Shown here in pieces: positions 1 to 9,141 of a stretch of 64,000 nucleotides of DNA. The stretch is from NCBI GenBank assembly GCA_963732385.1, contig CAVSZB010000007.1:480001-544000 (forward strand). Direction: 5' to 3'. The position numbers and the translations under genes were made by a program. The notes beneath the pieces are model-generated. The model searched no databases and had not been told where the DNA came from. It saw only the letters and a program-made list of their open reading frames with translations. Positions within the stretch are counted from its first letter, which is position 1. Each line of letters begins with the position of its first letter. Source of the stretch: an uncultured bacterium (lineage in GTDB: Bacteria > Krumholzibacteriota > Krumholzibacteriia > LZORAL124-64-63).

Positions 1-313
1 CCTCGACACCATCAACGTCCTGGACGCGGATGCCGCCCTCGCGTCGATCACCGCAGTGAGCAACGCCACGGGCCTGGTCAGCGCCCAGCGCGCTGACTTC
101 GGCTCGGCCCAGAACCGCCTCGAGTCAACGATCCGCAATATCGCGATGTCGGTGGAGAACCTCTCCGCCGCCAACAGCCGCATCCGCGATGTGGACATCG
201 CCGTCGAGACTTCGGCGATGACCGCCATGCAGATCCTGCAGCAGGCAGGCGTGGCCGTGCTGGCCCAGGCCAACGCCACGCCGCAGCTGGCCCTGCAACT
301 GCTGCGGGGCTAG
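1..313 (+). CDS. fliC: Flagellin, C-terminal part (runs off window start)
   Basis: Open frame from base 2 to TAG at 311-313; flagellin C-terminal motif RADFGSAQNRLE...SRIRDVD...QILQQAG...LAQAN. Confidence 0.95.
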   Translation, partial: LDTINVLDADAALASITAVSNATGLVSAQRADFGSAQNRLESTIRNIAMSVENLSAANSRIRDVDIAVETSAMTAMQILQQAGVAVLAQANATPQLALQLLRG

Positions 314-390
314 TTAACGCCGCAGGCGGCCCCTGCCCCGGGCCGCGTCCGATCCGACCCTGGCGCACGGATGCGCCCTTCGCGGAGTCC

Positions 391-424
391 GGTGGCGGAC
401 GGTTCACCCGAACCGTCCGCTATC
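391..424 (+). terminator. Hairpin after flagellin 1
   Basis: GCGGACGGTTC-accc-GAACCGTCCGC 11-bp stem, extendable by G-U pairs; weak U-tract. Confidence 0.55.
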
Positions 425-461
425 CCGCCCGCTCTCCTCCGACAATCCTGCATGATCACCC

Positions 462-489
462 TCAAGCCGGGCACTGATCCGGTCGATAT
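462..489 (+). promoter_or_regulatory. sigma28 (FliA/SigD)-type promoter of flagellin 2
   Basis: TCAAG-N15-GTCGATAT; same spacing as the site before flagellin 3. Confidence 0.7.
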
Positions 490-553
490 CGTTCCGGTGA
501 CCAGTTGCCGGTCCCGCGGGCAGCGTGGCCCGGCGGAGCGCCAACGGCAGGGT

Positions 554-573
554 GGCGGCCATGGATGGCCGCC
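554..573 (+). promoter_or_regulatory. CsrA-type hairpin in flagellin 2 leader
   Basis: GGCGGCC-ATGGAT-GGCCGCC just before SD AAGGAGG. Confidence 0.7.
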
Positions 574-596
574 CGTCAATTCAAGGAGGAAGAATC

Positions 597-1433
597 ATGG
601 GTCTTCGCGTAAACACCAACGTCGGTTCCATCAACGCTCAGCGTTCGCTGTTCAACACCACCAACATGCTGTCCAAGTCGATGGAGAAGCTCAGCTCCGG
701 TCTGCGCATCAACCGCGCCGGCGACGACGCCGCCGGTCTGGCCATCTCCGAAGGCTTGAAGAGCGACATCCGCGCCCTGCAGCAGGCCTCGCGTAACGCG
801 GCCGACGGCATCTCGATGATCCAGACCGCGGAAGGCGGCCTCGAGGAGGTCAGCGGCATCCTGATCCGTCTGCGTGAGCTGGCGGAACAGTCTGCCAACG
901 AGACCCTCGGCACCGCCGAGCGTGGCTACCTGGACACCGAGTTCACGGCGCTGGTGAACGAAATCACGCGGGTCGCCGAATCGACCGAGTTCAACGGCAC
1001 CAAGCTGCTCGATGGCACCAATGCCTCGCTGGACATCCAGGTCGGCATCGGCACCTCCTCCGCCTCCCAGGTGGCCATCAGCCTCGGCACCACCATGACG
1101 GCCACCGGGCTGTCGCTGAACGCGACCGTGATCTCCGGCGCCGACAACACCAACGCTCTGGCCGCGATCACGGCGCTCGACAGTGCCACGGCGCTGGTCA
1201 GCGCGCGACGCGCCAACTTCGGCGCCGCCCAGAACCGTCTGGAGTCGACGATCCGGAACATCGGCATGACGGTGGAGAACCTCTCGGCCGCCAACAGCCG
1301 TATCCGTGACGTCGACATCGCTTGGGAGACGTCGCAGATGACCTCGTTCCAGATTCTGCAGCAGGCCGGCGTTTCGGTGCTGGCCCAGGCCAACTCCACG
1401 CCACAGATGGCATTGATGCTACTGCAGCGGTAG
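597..1433 (+). CDS. fliC: Flagellin (278 aa, short variable domain)
   Basis: MGLRVNTN...LSSGLRINRAGDDAAGLAISE plus C-terminal flagellin motif; SD AAGGAGG before ATG 597. Confidence 0.97.
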   Translation: MGLRVNTNVGSINAQRSLFNTTNMLSKSMEKLSSGLRINRAGDDAAGLAISEGLKSDIRALQQASRNAADGISMIQTAEGGLEEVSGILIRLRELAEQSANETLGTAERGYLDTEFTALVNEITRVAESTEFNGTKLLDGTNASLDIQVGIGTSSASQVAISLGTTMTATGLSLNATVISGADNTNALAAITALDSATALVSARRANFGAAQNRLESTIRNIGMTVENLSAANSRIRDVDIAWETSQMTSFQILQQAGVSVLAQANSTPQMALMLLQR

Positions 1434-1456
1434 CTGACCGGACAGCCTGCATGAGC

Positions 1457-1486
1457 GAACGGCGGATCCACGGGGATCCGCCGTTC
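1457..1486 (+). terminator. Hairpin after flagellin 2
   Basis: GAACGGCGGATCC-acgg-GGATCCGCCGTTC perfect 13-bp stem. Confidence 0.6.
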
Positions 1487-1538
1487 TCGTGCTACCCCCG
1501 CAGTTGATCATAAGATACGAAATATTGCCAAATTGTGC

Positions 1539-1566
1539 TCAAGTCGGCCGCAGCATATGCCGATAT
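1539..1566 (+). promoter_or_regulatory. sigma28-type promoter of flagellin 3
   Basis: TCAAG-N15-GCCGATAT, close to the SigD consensus TAAA-N16-GCCGATAT. Confidence 0.8.
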
Positions 1567-1682
1567 CTCTGCGAGCCTCATAAACCAGAGCTACACCCCG
1601 GAGAAACGCAGCACCCGGAGAAGGAGGAATATCGCAGTCCGGGAGGCATATCCTCCCGAGGATTCGAAACCATCGCAGCCTT

Positions 1683-1704
1683 GGTCGGGCAGGGATGTCC
1701 GACC
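1683..1704 (+). promoter_or_regulatory. CsrA-type hairpin in flagellin 3 leader
   Basis: GGTCGGGC-AGGGAT-GTCCGACC before SD. Confidence 0.7.
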
Positions 1705-1727
1705 CCAATCTTCAAGGAGGAAGAATC

Positions 1728-2564
1728 ATGGGTCTTCGCGTAAACACCAACGTCGGTTCCATCAACGCTCAGCGTTCGCTGTTCAACACCACCAACATGC
1801 TGTCCAAGTCGATGGAGAAGCTCAGCTCCGGTCTGCGCATCAACCGCGCCGGCGACGACGCCGCCGGTCTGGCCATCTCCGAAGGCTTGAAGAGCGACAT
1901 CCGCGCCCTGCAGCAGGCCTCGCGTAACGCGGCCGACGGCATCTCGATGATCCAGACCGCGGAAGGCGGCCTCGAGGAGGTCAGCGGCATCCTGATCCGT
2001 CTGCGTGAGCTGGCGGAACAGTCTGCCAACGAGACCCTCGGCACCGCCGAGCGTGGCTACCTGGACACCGAGTTCACGGCGCTGGTGAACGAAATCACGC
2101 GGGTCGCCGAATCGACCGAGTTCAACGGCACCAAGCTGCTCGATGGCACCAATGCCTCGCTGGACATCCAGGTCGGCATCGGCACCTCCTCCGCCTCCCA
2201 GGTGGCCATCAGCCTCGGCACCACCATGACGGCCACCGGGCTGTCGCTGAACGCGACCACGATCGCCGGCGCCGACAACACCACCGCTCTGGCCGCGATC
2301 ACGGCGCTCGACAGTGCCACGGCGCTGGTCAGCGCGCGACGCGCCAACTTCGGCGCCGCCCAGAACCGTCTGGAGTCGACGATCCGGAACATCGGCATGA
2401 CGGTGGAGAACCTCTCGGCCGCCAACAGCCGTATCCGTGACGTCGACATCGCTTGGGAGACGTCGCAGATGACCTCGTTCCAGATTCTGCAGCAGGCCGG
2501 CGTTTCGGTGCTGGCCCAGGCCAACTCCACGCCACAGATGGCATTGATGCTACTGCAGAGGTAG
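1728..2564 (+). CDS. fliC: Flagellin (278 aa)
   Basis: Near-identical to 597..1433; SD AAGGAGG before ATG 1728. Confidence 0.97.
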   Translation: MGLRVNTNVGSINAQRSLFNTTNMLSKSMEKLSSGLRINRAGDDAAGLAISEGLKSDIRALQQASRNAADGISMIQTAEGGLEEVSGILIRLRELAEQSANETLGTAERGYLDTEFTALVNEITRVAESTEFNGTKLLDGTNASLDIQVGIGTSSASQVAISLGTTMTATGLSLNATTIAGADNTTALAAITALDSATALVSARRANFGAAQNRLESTIRNIGMTVENLSAANSRIRDVDIAWETSQMTSFQILQQAGVSVLAQANSTPQMALMLLQR

Positions 2565-2573
2565 CGAATCCCG

Positions 2574-2603
2574 GGGGCGGCGGGTCGCGGGACCCGCCGC
2601 CCC
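2574..2603 (+). terminator. GC-rich hairpin between flagellin 3 and flaG (no U-tract)
   Basis: GGGGCGGCGGGTC-gcgg-GACCCGCCGCCCC 13-bp stem. Confidence 0.5.
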
Positions 2604-2619
2604 GAAATGAGGTGGGATC

Positions 2620-2979
2620 ATGATCGACGTGAGCGCGATTCAGGGTCCGGGCTGGCAGCCGGTTTCGCCAGTTGCCTCTCCGGTACAGCGAACAGCGTCA
2701 CACTCTCCGCAGGCCGAGCCTACCACCCCTCCTGTACCCCCGACGCCCGAGGCGGAACAGTTGCGGGCCGAGGTGGAGAACGAATTGCAGCGGCGCATGT
2801 CCGGCTATGAAGTGAATCTCAGCTACCAGGACGATGCCTCCTCCTGGGTCATCCAGATTCGCGATCCTGATTCCGGCGATGTGGTGTTCCAGATTCCTCC
2901 GGAACAGATGGTCAGGCTGCGCGATCGCCTGCAGGAAGTGCTCAAGGAGACCGGATTGCTGGTCGACAACACCACATAG
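2620..2979 (+). CDS. flaG: Flagellar protein FlaG
   Basis: WVIQIRDPDSGDVVFQIPPEQMV...GLLVD motif; lies between fliC and fliD. Confidence 0.88.
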   Translation: MIDVSAIQGPGWQPVSPVASPVQRTASHSPQAEPTTPPVPPTPEAEQLRAEVENELQRRMSGYEVNLSYQDDASSWVIQIRDPDSGDVVFQIPPEQMVRLRDRLQEVLKETGLLVDNTT

Positions 2980-3039
2980 GGGGCAAGCCGGCCCCAGGCG
3001 GAAGTGGCGGGGACGGAGCCCGAATCACGGGAGTGAACC

Positions 3040-4374
3040 ATGAGTTCGATCTCGTTTGGCGGCCTGGCTACCGGCCTGGACACCGGTTCGATCGTCACCC
3101 AGCTGATTGCCCTGCGGCGCCAGCCGATCGTGAAGCTGGAGGGGCAAAAGAAATTATACGAGCAGCAGAAGGCAGCGTTCAAGGATCTCCAGACCAAGCT
3201 CACCGCGCTCATGACCGCCGCCGACGCACTCGACACGGCGCAGAGCTTCGGCTCCCTCAAGGCCGCGTCCTCCCTCGTGAACCTGCTCACCGCTACCGCC
3301 GCGAGTGAAGCGCAGGAGGGCACCTACGCGATCACCGTCGAGAGCCTGGCCCGGGCGCAGAAGGATCTCTCGCAGGCCTACAGCAGCCAGGTGGCCGAGG
3401 TCGGAACCGGCAGCTTCACCATTACGGTCGGCGGCGAAGTGACCACGATCACTCTGGCCGAGGGCGACAGCAGCCTGACCAGTCTCAAGAACGCCATCAA
3501 CGATTCCGGCGCCGATGTCCGCGCCACGATCATCAACGACGGCAGCGCCCTCAACCCGTACCGGCTGGTGCTGACGGCCGCCGAAACCGGCACCGACGCC
3601 GCCTTCAGCGTCGATTTCAGCGGCCTCAGCGGCGGCGCCGCGCCGACGCTCTCAAGCATCTCCACGGCGGCCAACGCCGCCCTGACCATCGACAGCCTGG
3701 CGATTACCTCCCAGAGCAACCTGGTCAGCAATGCTATCGAAGGGGTGACCCTCAACCTGCTCAAGCAGGAACCAGGCACCGAAATCACGGTCACCGTGAA
3801 CGTCGACAAGGATGCGATCGCGGCCAAGCTGCAGACGCTGGTCGATGCCTACAACGGACTGATGACCTACGTCCAAGCGCAGCAGCAGAAGGGCGCCACC
3901 CTGCAGGGAAGCAATGTCCTGAGCACCGTGAAGAACCGTATAAGTTCCGTGGCGATCTATGCCCACGCCGGCACCGGCGCGTACAAGCTGCTGGCCCAGG
4001 TCGGGCTCACCCAGGAGGAGGGCGGGCAGCTCGCCTTCGACCGTACGAAATTCGACAGCGCCCTGGCTGCCGACTACGGTGCGGTGCGCGACCTCTTCGT
4101 CGAACGGGGCACGAATCTCGGCAAGGCCTACCAGTTCCGCACGGCCATCGAAGGCCTGACCGATTCCAAGACCGGCACGTTCAAGATCACGGAAGATTCT
4201 CTCACCGATCGCATGAAGGCGATCGACGACCGCATCACCCGGTACGAAACGAGTGTCGAGAGCTACCGGCTGATGATCGAGCGGCAGTTCACCGCGATGG
4301 AACTGGCCGTATCGAGGCTTCAGGCCCAGGGAAGTTACCTGACCAGTATCTTCTCCAGCCTGACCAGCAGCTAA
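3040..4374 (+). CDS. fliD: Flagellar filament cap FliD
   Basis: SFGGLATGLDTGSIVTQL N-terminus, SNLVSNAIEGVTLNL, QFTAME C-terminus. Confidence 0.95.
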   Translation: MSSISFGGLATGLDTGSIVTQLIALRRQPIVKLEGQKKLYEQQKAAFKDLQTKLTALMTAADALDTAQSFGSLKAASSLVNLLTATAASEAQEGTYAITVESLARAQKDLSQAYSSQVAEVGTGSFTITVGGEVTTITLAEGDSSLTSLKNAINDSGADVRATIINDGSALNPYRLVLTAAETGTDAAFSVDFSGLSGGAAPTLSSISTAANAALTIDSLAITSQSNLVSNAIEGVTLNLLKQEPGTEITVTVNVDKDAIAAKLQTLVDAYNGLMTYVQAQQQKGATLQGSNVLSTVKNRISSVAIYAHAGTGAYKLLAQVGLTQEEGGQLAFDRTKFDSALAADYGAVRDLFVERGTNLGKAYQFRTAIEGLTDSKTGTFKITEDSLTDRMKAIDDRITRYETSVESYRLMIERQFTAMELAVSRLQAQGSYLTSIFSSLTSS

Positions 4375-4402
4375 CAGTCACAAACCGGAAAACGAGGGGA
4401 AC

Positions 4403-4948
4403 ATGCCGGACGCAACGGGCATCCGCTGCTACCAGGAGACCGAGGTTCAGACGATCGGTCCGGAGAAGCTGATCGTGCTGCTGTACGAGGGGCTGGTCCG
4501 CTATCTGAACCAGTCTCGGGCCGCCCTGGTGTCACGGGACATGGCCGCCAAGGCGCGCCAGATCAATAATGCGCAGGCGATCGTGCTTGAACTGCGCAAC
4601 GCGCTGGATCATGAAGCCGGAGGCTCCATCGCCGGCAACCTGGCGGCGCTCTACAACTACATCTTCACCGAGAACATCAATGCGTTGATCGACAATGATC
4701 CACGGCATATCGACAACAACCTGCGGGTGCTGCAGCCGCTGCTCGACGCCTGGTCGCGCATTCCCGCCGGCACGGCCGATCGCGCGCGTTGTGAGCGGGC
4801 TTCGGCATCGCCACCGGCACCGCCATCTGGCCCCATTCCTGCAACGGTGGCCCCGCCGCCGGTCTCTCCGGGCATCTACGGACGTCCGGCAGCGGCTTGT
4901 GCTCCCGCTCCGGCGAACGTCCCCTCCAGTCTTTGCGTCACTGTGTGA
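4403..4948 (+). CDS. fliS: Flagellin chaperone FliS with Pro-rich tail
   Basis: PEKLIVLLYEG...LDHEAGGSIAGNLAALYNY...LLDAW. Confidence 0.92.
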   Translation: MPDATGIRCYQETEVQTIGPEKLIVLLYEGLVRYLNQSRAALVSRDMAAKARQINNAQAIVLELRNALDHEAGGSIAGNLAALYNYIFTENINALIDNDPRHIDNNLRVLQPLLDAWSRIPAGTADRARCERASASPPAPPSGPIPATVAPPPVSPGIYGRPAAACAPAPANVPSSLCVTV

Positions 4949-4962
4949 GGTGTTGACCGAAC

Positions 4963-5286
4963 ATGCCCTGGCAGACGGAAGTTGAAGCCGTGCTTGCTCT
5001 CACGCGCGCCGCGCGCGTAGCGCTGGGGCGTGGGGATGTCGAGACTCTGGGTGCGCTGCTGGAAGAGCGGGGGGTCCGGGTGCATCGACTGGGCGCGGCG
5101 GCCGGCCAGGCCCCGATTGAGCCGGAACTGGTCGCGGCTGTGGAGCGGATCAAGACCGAGGAATCCGCGTTGGCGGCGGCCCTGCACGCCGGTCTGGTCC
5201 AAACGGGCCAGGCGCTCGGGCGGTTGGCGCTCAATCCTCCGGAAACCTCCACCGGCACGACAGCGACCTGCGACTTGCGGGCCTGA
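4963..5286 (+). CDS. Small helical protein, FliT-like position
   Basis: Follows fliS; GDVETLGALLEERG helix pattern; positional inference. Confidence 0.5.
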   Translation: MPWQTEVEAVLALTRAARVALGRGDVETLGALLEERGVRVHRLGAAAGQAPIEPELVAAVERIKTEESALAAALHAGLVQTGQALGRLALNPPETSTGTTATCDLRA

Positions 5287-5330
5287 CCCTCCCACGGACA
5301 ATCCGAAATCCCCTGAAAACGGAGTGTGAC

Positions 5331-5585
5331 CTACTTGACGTTGCCCCCGCCGGGGGGACGCGTACGAACCTTGCGTTTGAGCGCTTCGAGGTCGGGAGAG
5401 GGGGAATCTGCGGCCCGCAGGGAAATGTTCTTGATCTCCTCGTAGATTTCGAAGCGATGCACCGGGATGGAACGCGGCGCGTCGATGCCGATCTGGACCT
5501 GGTCACCGCGAATATCGACGATCATGATCGAAACATCGTCTCCGATCATGATTTTCTCGTTCCGCTTACGGCTGAGAATAAGCAC
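5331..5585 (-). CDS. csrA: Carbon storage regulator CsrA
   Basis: [18 protein letters not shown]...[21 protein letters not shown]. Confidence 0.97.
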   Translation of the reverse strand: MLILSRKRNEKIMIGDDVSIMIVDIRGDQVQIGIDAPRSIPVHRFEIYEEIKNISLRAADSPSPDLEALKRKVRTRPPGGGNVK

Positions 5586-5635
5586 GTGACCTCCATGTCC
5601 ATCAGTCGGGCCGCGTCAGCGCAGCCGACATCATA

Positions 5636-6163
5636 TCACAGGGCGATTTCCTGTCTCTCCCCTTCCGGGGTCACGGAGATCAGCTCGACCGCCGGATCAG
5701 CCGCCACCGCAGCGCCGGCCTGGGCCGCCAAACCAAAGCGGACATAATCCATCTCCTGTTGCAGGGGCCACCGCTGGTCGTCCAGCACCACTTGAGCGCC
5801 CCGGCGGGTGGCCGGCTGCACAACCAAGGGGGCCGCCAGATTGCCGGTCAAACGCTCCCCGCCGGGATACACCGTGGTGATGATCAGGGTCACCATTTCC
5901 GCAACGCTCCCCCCCATCCCCCGGAGGGTCTCTTCCGGCAGGCGGGGAGCATAATCCTGATCATAAAAGTCCGGTGTTGTGACCGGCAGTCCGAAATTCC
6001 CGTCGTTGACCGACTGCAGCCATTTTAGCGGCAGGCCGTCGCCCATGTCGAGCAGGATCCACTGCCTGAGGTGGGGCAGCCCCACCAGCCCTCCCGGCAG
6101 GGTGATGAGGTCACGATCGGCGTAGCTCAACTCGCCGAATCTAGCGGTCTTGAAGCTGTGCAT
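5636..6163 (-). CDS. fliW: Flagellar assembly factor FliW (CsrA antagonist)
   Basis: TARFGEL...GLVGL...WLQSV...TGNLAAPLVV; adjacent to csrA. Confidence 0.9.
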   Translation of the reverse strand: MHSFKTARFGELSYADRDLITLPGGLVGLPHLRQWILLDMGDGLPLKWLQSVNDGNFGLPVTTPDFYDQDYAPRLPEETLRGMGGSVAEMVTLIITTVYPGGERLTGNLAAPLVVQPATRRGAQVVLDDQRWPLQQEMDYVRFGLAAQAGAAVAADPAVELISVTPEGERQEIAL

Positions 6164-6191
6164 GATCCGACTCCCTTTTCGGCCTGGGTCG

Positions 6192-7733
6192 TTAACGCAG
6201 ATACTGAATGAGGTTCACCTCGAACAGACGGCTGGAGGCGAGCAGGCTGGCCTGATAGGCCGCCTGCGCCTTGCTCAGCTCGCTCGCCGTCTCGATCACG
6301 TCGGCATCCCGCTCACGCGAGCGGTTCATCTGCAACTGCTCGTCCCGCTGCTGCAGAATGGTGTCCGCCCAGTCGAGCACCACCTCGCGTCCGCCAACCT
6401 TCACAATCATGCCCAGGAGCATCTCCTCAACGGCATCCAATTCGAGCATCAGTCCCCGCATGGCGGCCTTGTCATGAGACTGAAGTGACTCGCGCAGGTC
6501 CTCGAAGACTCCGAACAGACGTGCCGGCGTGCCGACGCCTCTGAGGCCGAGACTTGTGGCCGCGTTCGAACCAGCCGCGTCGGTCACATCGAAAGGGGTG
6601 GTCCGGCTGCTGACCAGCGACAGCACGCCCCCGTCAAGACGCAGCTCGATCCACGGTACGGCCGTGCTGATCGCCGTCTGCAGATCACCGACCGTGATTG
6701 CGCCGGACAGGTCCACGGTCACGCCGGTCCCCTCCCCGGAGATGACCAGGCTGCCGAGGGGCAACAGTCCGGCGAGGTCAGGGATGTCGCTCAGATTCGT
6801 GGCGGGCGTCGCGATCCCGCGCACGTCGTCCCCCACGATCGTGCCGCTGGAAGCAGTGCCGAGGATACCGAGCGACTGCGCCGTGGTCCCGCCGTCGACC
6901 TCGGCCAGAGTCAGCGGGCCCAGGCCCGACAGCTGCAGACCGTGCCCGTCGGGCGTCAGCGTCGCGGTGACGGCACCGCCGGTCTGGGCCGCGATCAGGG
7001 TGGTCAGCCCTCCCACGTCCGTGGCGGTGGAGAGGTTCAGCGTCCAGGTCTGCCCGCTGCCGTTGGTGACCGCGATGGAGCCGGGGCTCCAGCCATTGCC
7101 GAGATTCAGGTCGCTCAGGGCGGTGGCCGCGGTCAACGGGGGCGAGACATCAAGGGTTCCCCGCAGCACTGCGGTCGCCGCGGCCAGAAAATCGCTGCCC
7201 GGAATGTTGACGATCGTTGTGGTGTGCGGCCCGATCTGAGTGTCGATCTGGCCGGCATCGCCCTGGTATACGATATTGCCGCCGGACTCTATGAACGGCG
7301 TGAGGTCGGTCCGGAAACCGCCGAACAGGAAGTTACCCTCGACGTTCGCGTTCAGCGTGTTCATCAGCCGACCGATCAGATTGCGCACCTCATCGGCGGA
7401 ATGATCGTTGGAGATGTCGGTGCCGGTGGCCGAGGCCTCGCGCATGGCGATGTCGCGGGCGTCCCGCAGCACATCCGTCAGGTTCTGCAGCGCGGTGTCG
7501 GTCGACTCCACGAAGGTCCGCGACCGTTCGAGATTCTTACGATACTGGCTGTTGATGCTGATCAGGGAGTCGTAACGCTGTACGGCGCCGACCCCGCGCG
7601 GATCGTCGGCGTAATTGTTGATGCGACGCATGGTCGAGTTCATCTGCTGAAAACGCAACATCTGCGAAAGGTTCTTCTGCATGCTGCGCACCAGCGTGCG
7701 GGACATCGCACTATCCGTGATCCGCATGCCCAT
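6192..7733 (-). CDS. flgL: Hook-filament junction protein FlgL with enlarged middle region
   Basis: MRITD...RRINNYADDP N-terminus, GNFLFGG, AYQASL C-terminus; follows flgK. Confidence 0.9.
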   Translation of the reverse strand: MGMRITDSAMSRTLVRSMQKNLSQMLRFQQMNSTMRRINNYADDPRGVGAVQRYDSLISINSQYRKNLERSRTFVESTDTALQNLTDVLRDARDIAMREASATGTDISNDHSADEVRNLIGRLMNTLNANVEGNFLFGGFRTDLTPFIESGGNIVYQGDAGQIDTQIGPHTTTIVNIPGSDFLAAATAVLRGTLDVSPPLTAATALSDLNLGNGWSPGSIAVTNGSGQTWTLNLSTATDVGGLTTLIAAQTGGAVTATLTPDGHGLQLSGLGPLTLAEVDGGTTAQSLGILGTASSGTIVGDDVRGIATPATNLSDIPDLAGLLPLGSLVISGEGTGVTVDLSGAITVGDLQTAISTAVPWIELRLDGGVLSLVSSRTTPFDVTDAAGSNAATSLGLRGVGTPARLFGVFEDLRESLQSHDKAAMRGLMLELDAVEEMLLGMIVKVGGREVVLDWADTILQQRDEQLQMNRSRERDADVIETASELSKAQAAYQASLLASSRLFEVNLIQYLR

Positions 7734-7754
7734 CCGGAACTCCTTCCGCCGCCG

Positions 7755-9125
7755 TTACACCATGTCGATCAGCGTCTGGAACATGTCGGCCGCGGCAGTA
7801 ACCACCCGTGCGGCGGCTTCGTAGGCGTTCTGGTAGCGCACCAGATTCGCCCCCTCTTCGTCCAGGCTTACGCCCCGGATGCTGTCCAGGCGTCCGGCGA
7901 GCGTCTCCACGACGTTCTGCTGGTTCTCGAGCAGAAACTGGAAACTGCCCCGCTGCGACGCCATGTCGACGATCATTGCGTTGTAGCGGTCCATGAGGCT
8001 CTTGCTTCCTTCGCCAGCGAGCGGCTGGGAAGCGAGGGTGGCGATTTCCCGGGAGAGATCGTTGTCACCTTCGAGACCTGAGCGCGAAGTCGCCACGAGA
8101 TCGAAATCTTTCACGATCGCGGAGTTGAGCGAAAGGGTCGAGGCACTGTCGCCGGTAAAGAAGAGGATGCCGCTGGATCTCGCGGTCCGCCCCTGCGTAT
8201 GGAGTTCGTTCACTTTTTCAATGAGGGTGACCGCGAGATCGTCCAGACGAACGCGCGCCTCCCGGATATGATCGTCCCGGGCGGTGATCATCCCCTGCAG
8301 CTTGCCCTCGTCCAGGGCCACCGGCACCTGCCCCGAGGCGGTGACCACGCTGGCGGTTTCCCCGGACGTCGTAGAGTCGCGCCGCAGCTGCAGCAACTCG
8401 ACCTCCGCGCGGGTCACGACCGTGCGCCCCTTGAGCACCAGATCCACGGTGCCGTCTTCCCGCTCGAGGACGGACACCTTGGTCAGCTTGGAGATCTCCA
8501 TGATCAGGGATTCACGCTGGTCGCGCAGATCGTTCGCGGCCCCCTGGGATGACTCCACGTAGAGGATCTGCCGGTTCAGGTCACCCACCTGCCGCAGCAG
8601 GCTGTTCAGATTGTCGATTTCGCGCGAGAGACCGTCATTCATGCTCTGCTCGAGGTCGTCGAGCGAGCTGGCGGTGGCGCGGACGTCGGTGACCAGACTC
8701 TGCGCCGAGCTGACGACCGCCTGCTTCAGGGAGCTGTTGATCGGCGGCGTGGCGAGATCGCTCCAGGCGTTGAAGAACGCCCCCAGCGAAGTGCCCAGGT
8801 GATCGTTGCTGACGGAACCGAAGATCGCCTCGATTTCCCGCAGGTTGGAGTCGATCTGGTCATAGCTGGCAAGACGGGCCTCCTGGGTACGCTGCTTCTG
8901 CTGCAGGAAGACATCGGTGAGTCGACGGATCTGGTCGACCTGGGCCCCGCGGCCGAGGCTGCCGAAAGCCAGCTGTTGCGGCAGCCGGGCGGTCACCAGC
9001 ACCTCCTGCCGGCTGAAACCGGGCGTATTGGCGTTGGCGATGTTGTGACTGACCGTCTGCAACGCGAGCCGGGCCAGGTACATCCCGCTCAGGCTGGTGT
9101 CCATGAGGGAAGTGAGTCCGCCCAT
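7755..9125 (-). CDS. flgK: Hook-associated protein FlgK
   Basis: VSHNIANANTPGFSRQ and GVSLDEEGANLVRYQNAYEAAARV. Confidence 0.96.
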   Translation of the reverse strand: MGGLTSLMDTSLSGMYLARLALQTVSHNIANANTPGFSRQEVLVTARLPQQLAFGSLGRGAQVDQIRRLTDVFLQQKQRTQEARLASYDQIDSNLREIEAIFGSVSNDHLGTSLGAFFNAWSDLATPPINSSLKQAVVSSAQSLVTDVRATASSLDDLEQSMNDGLSREIDNLNSLLRQVGDLNRQILYVESSQGAANDLRDQRESLIMEISKLTKVSVLEREDGTVDLVLKGRTVVTRAEVELLQLRRDSTTSGETASVVTASGQVPVALDEGKLQGMITARDDHIREARVRLDDLAVTLIEKVNELHTQGRTARSSGILFFTGDSASTLSLNSAIVKDFDLVATSRSGLEGDNDLSREIATLASQPLAGEGSKSLMDRYNAMIVDMASQRGSFQFLLENQQNVVETLAGRLDSIRGVSLDEEGANLVRYQNAYEAAARVVTAAADMFQTLIDMV

Positions 9126-9141
9126 TCCGTCCCCCTCCTCC

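Larger units (their letters stand above)
580..2565 (+). repeat. Direct repeat of about 855 bp (580-1434 and 1711-2565) covering RBS and flagellin CDS
   Basis: By-eye comparison finds 5 differing bases; antisense-frame ORFs 638..913 and 1769..2044 are identical. Confidence 0.92.

Noticed and set aside
597..2564. Flagellin copies as a DGR template/variable pair or invertible phase-variation cassette
   Set aside because: Differences are not adenine-specific, and there is no RT, recombinase or flanking inverted repeat; both copies have their own promoters
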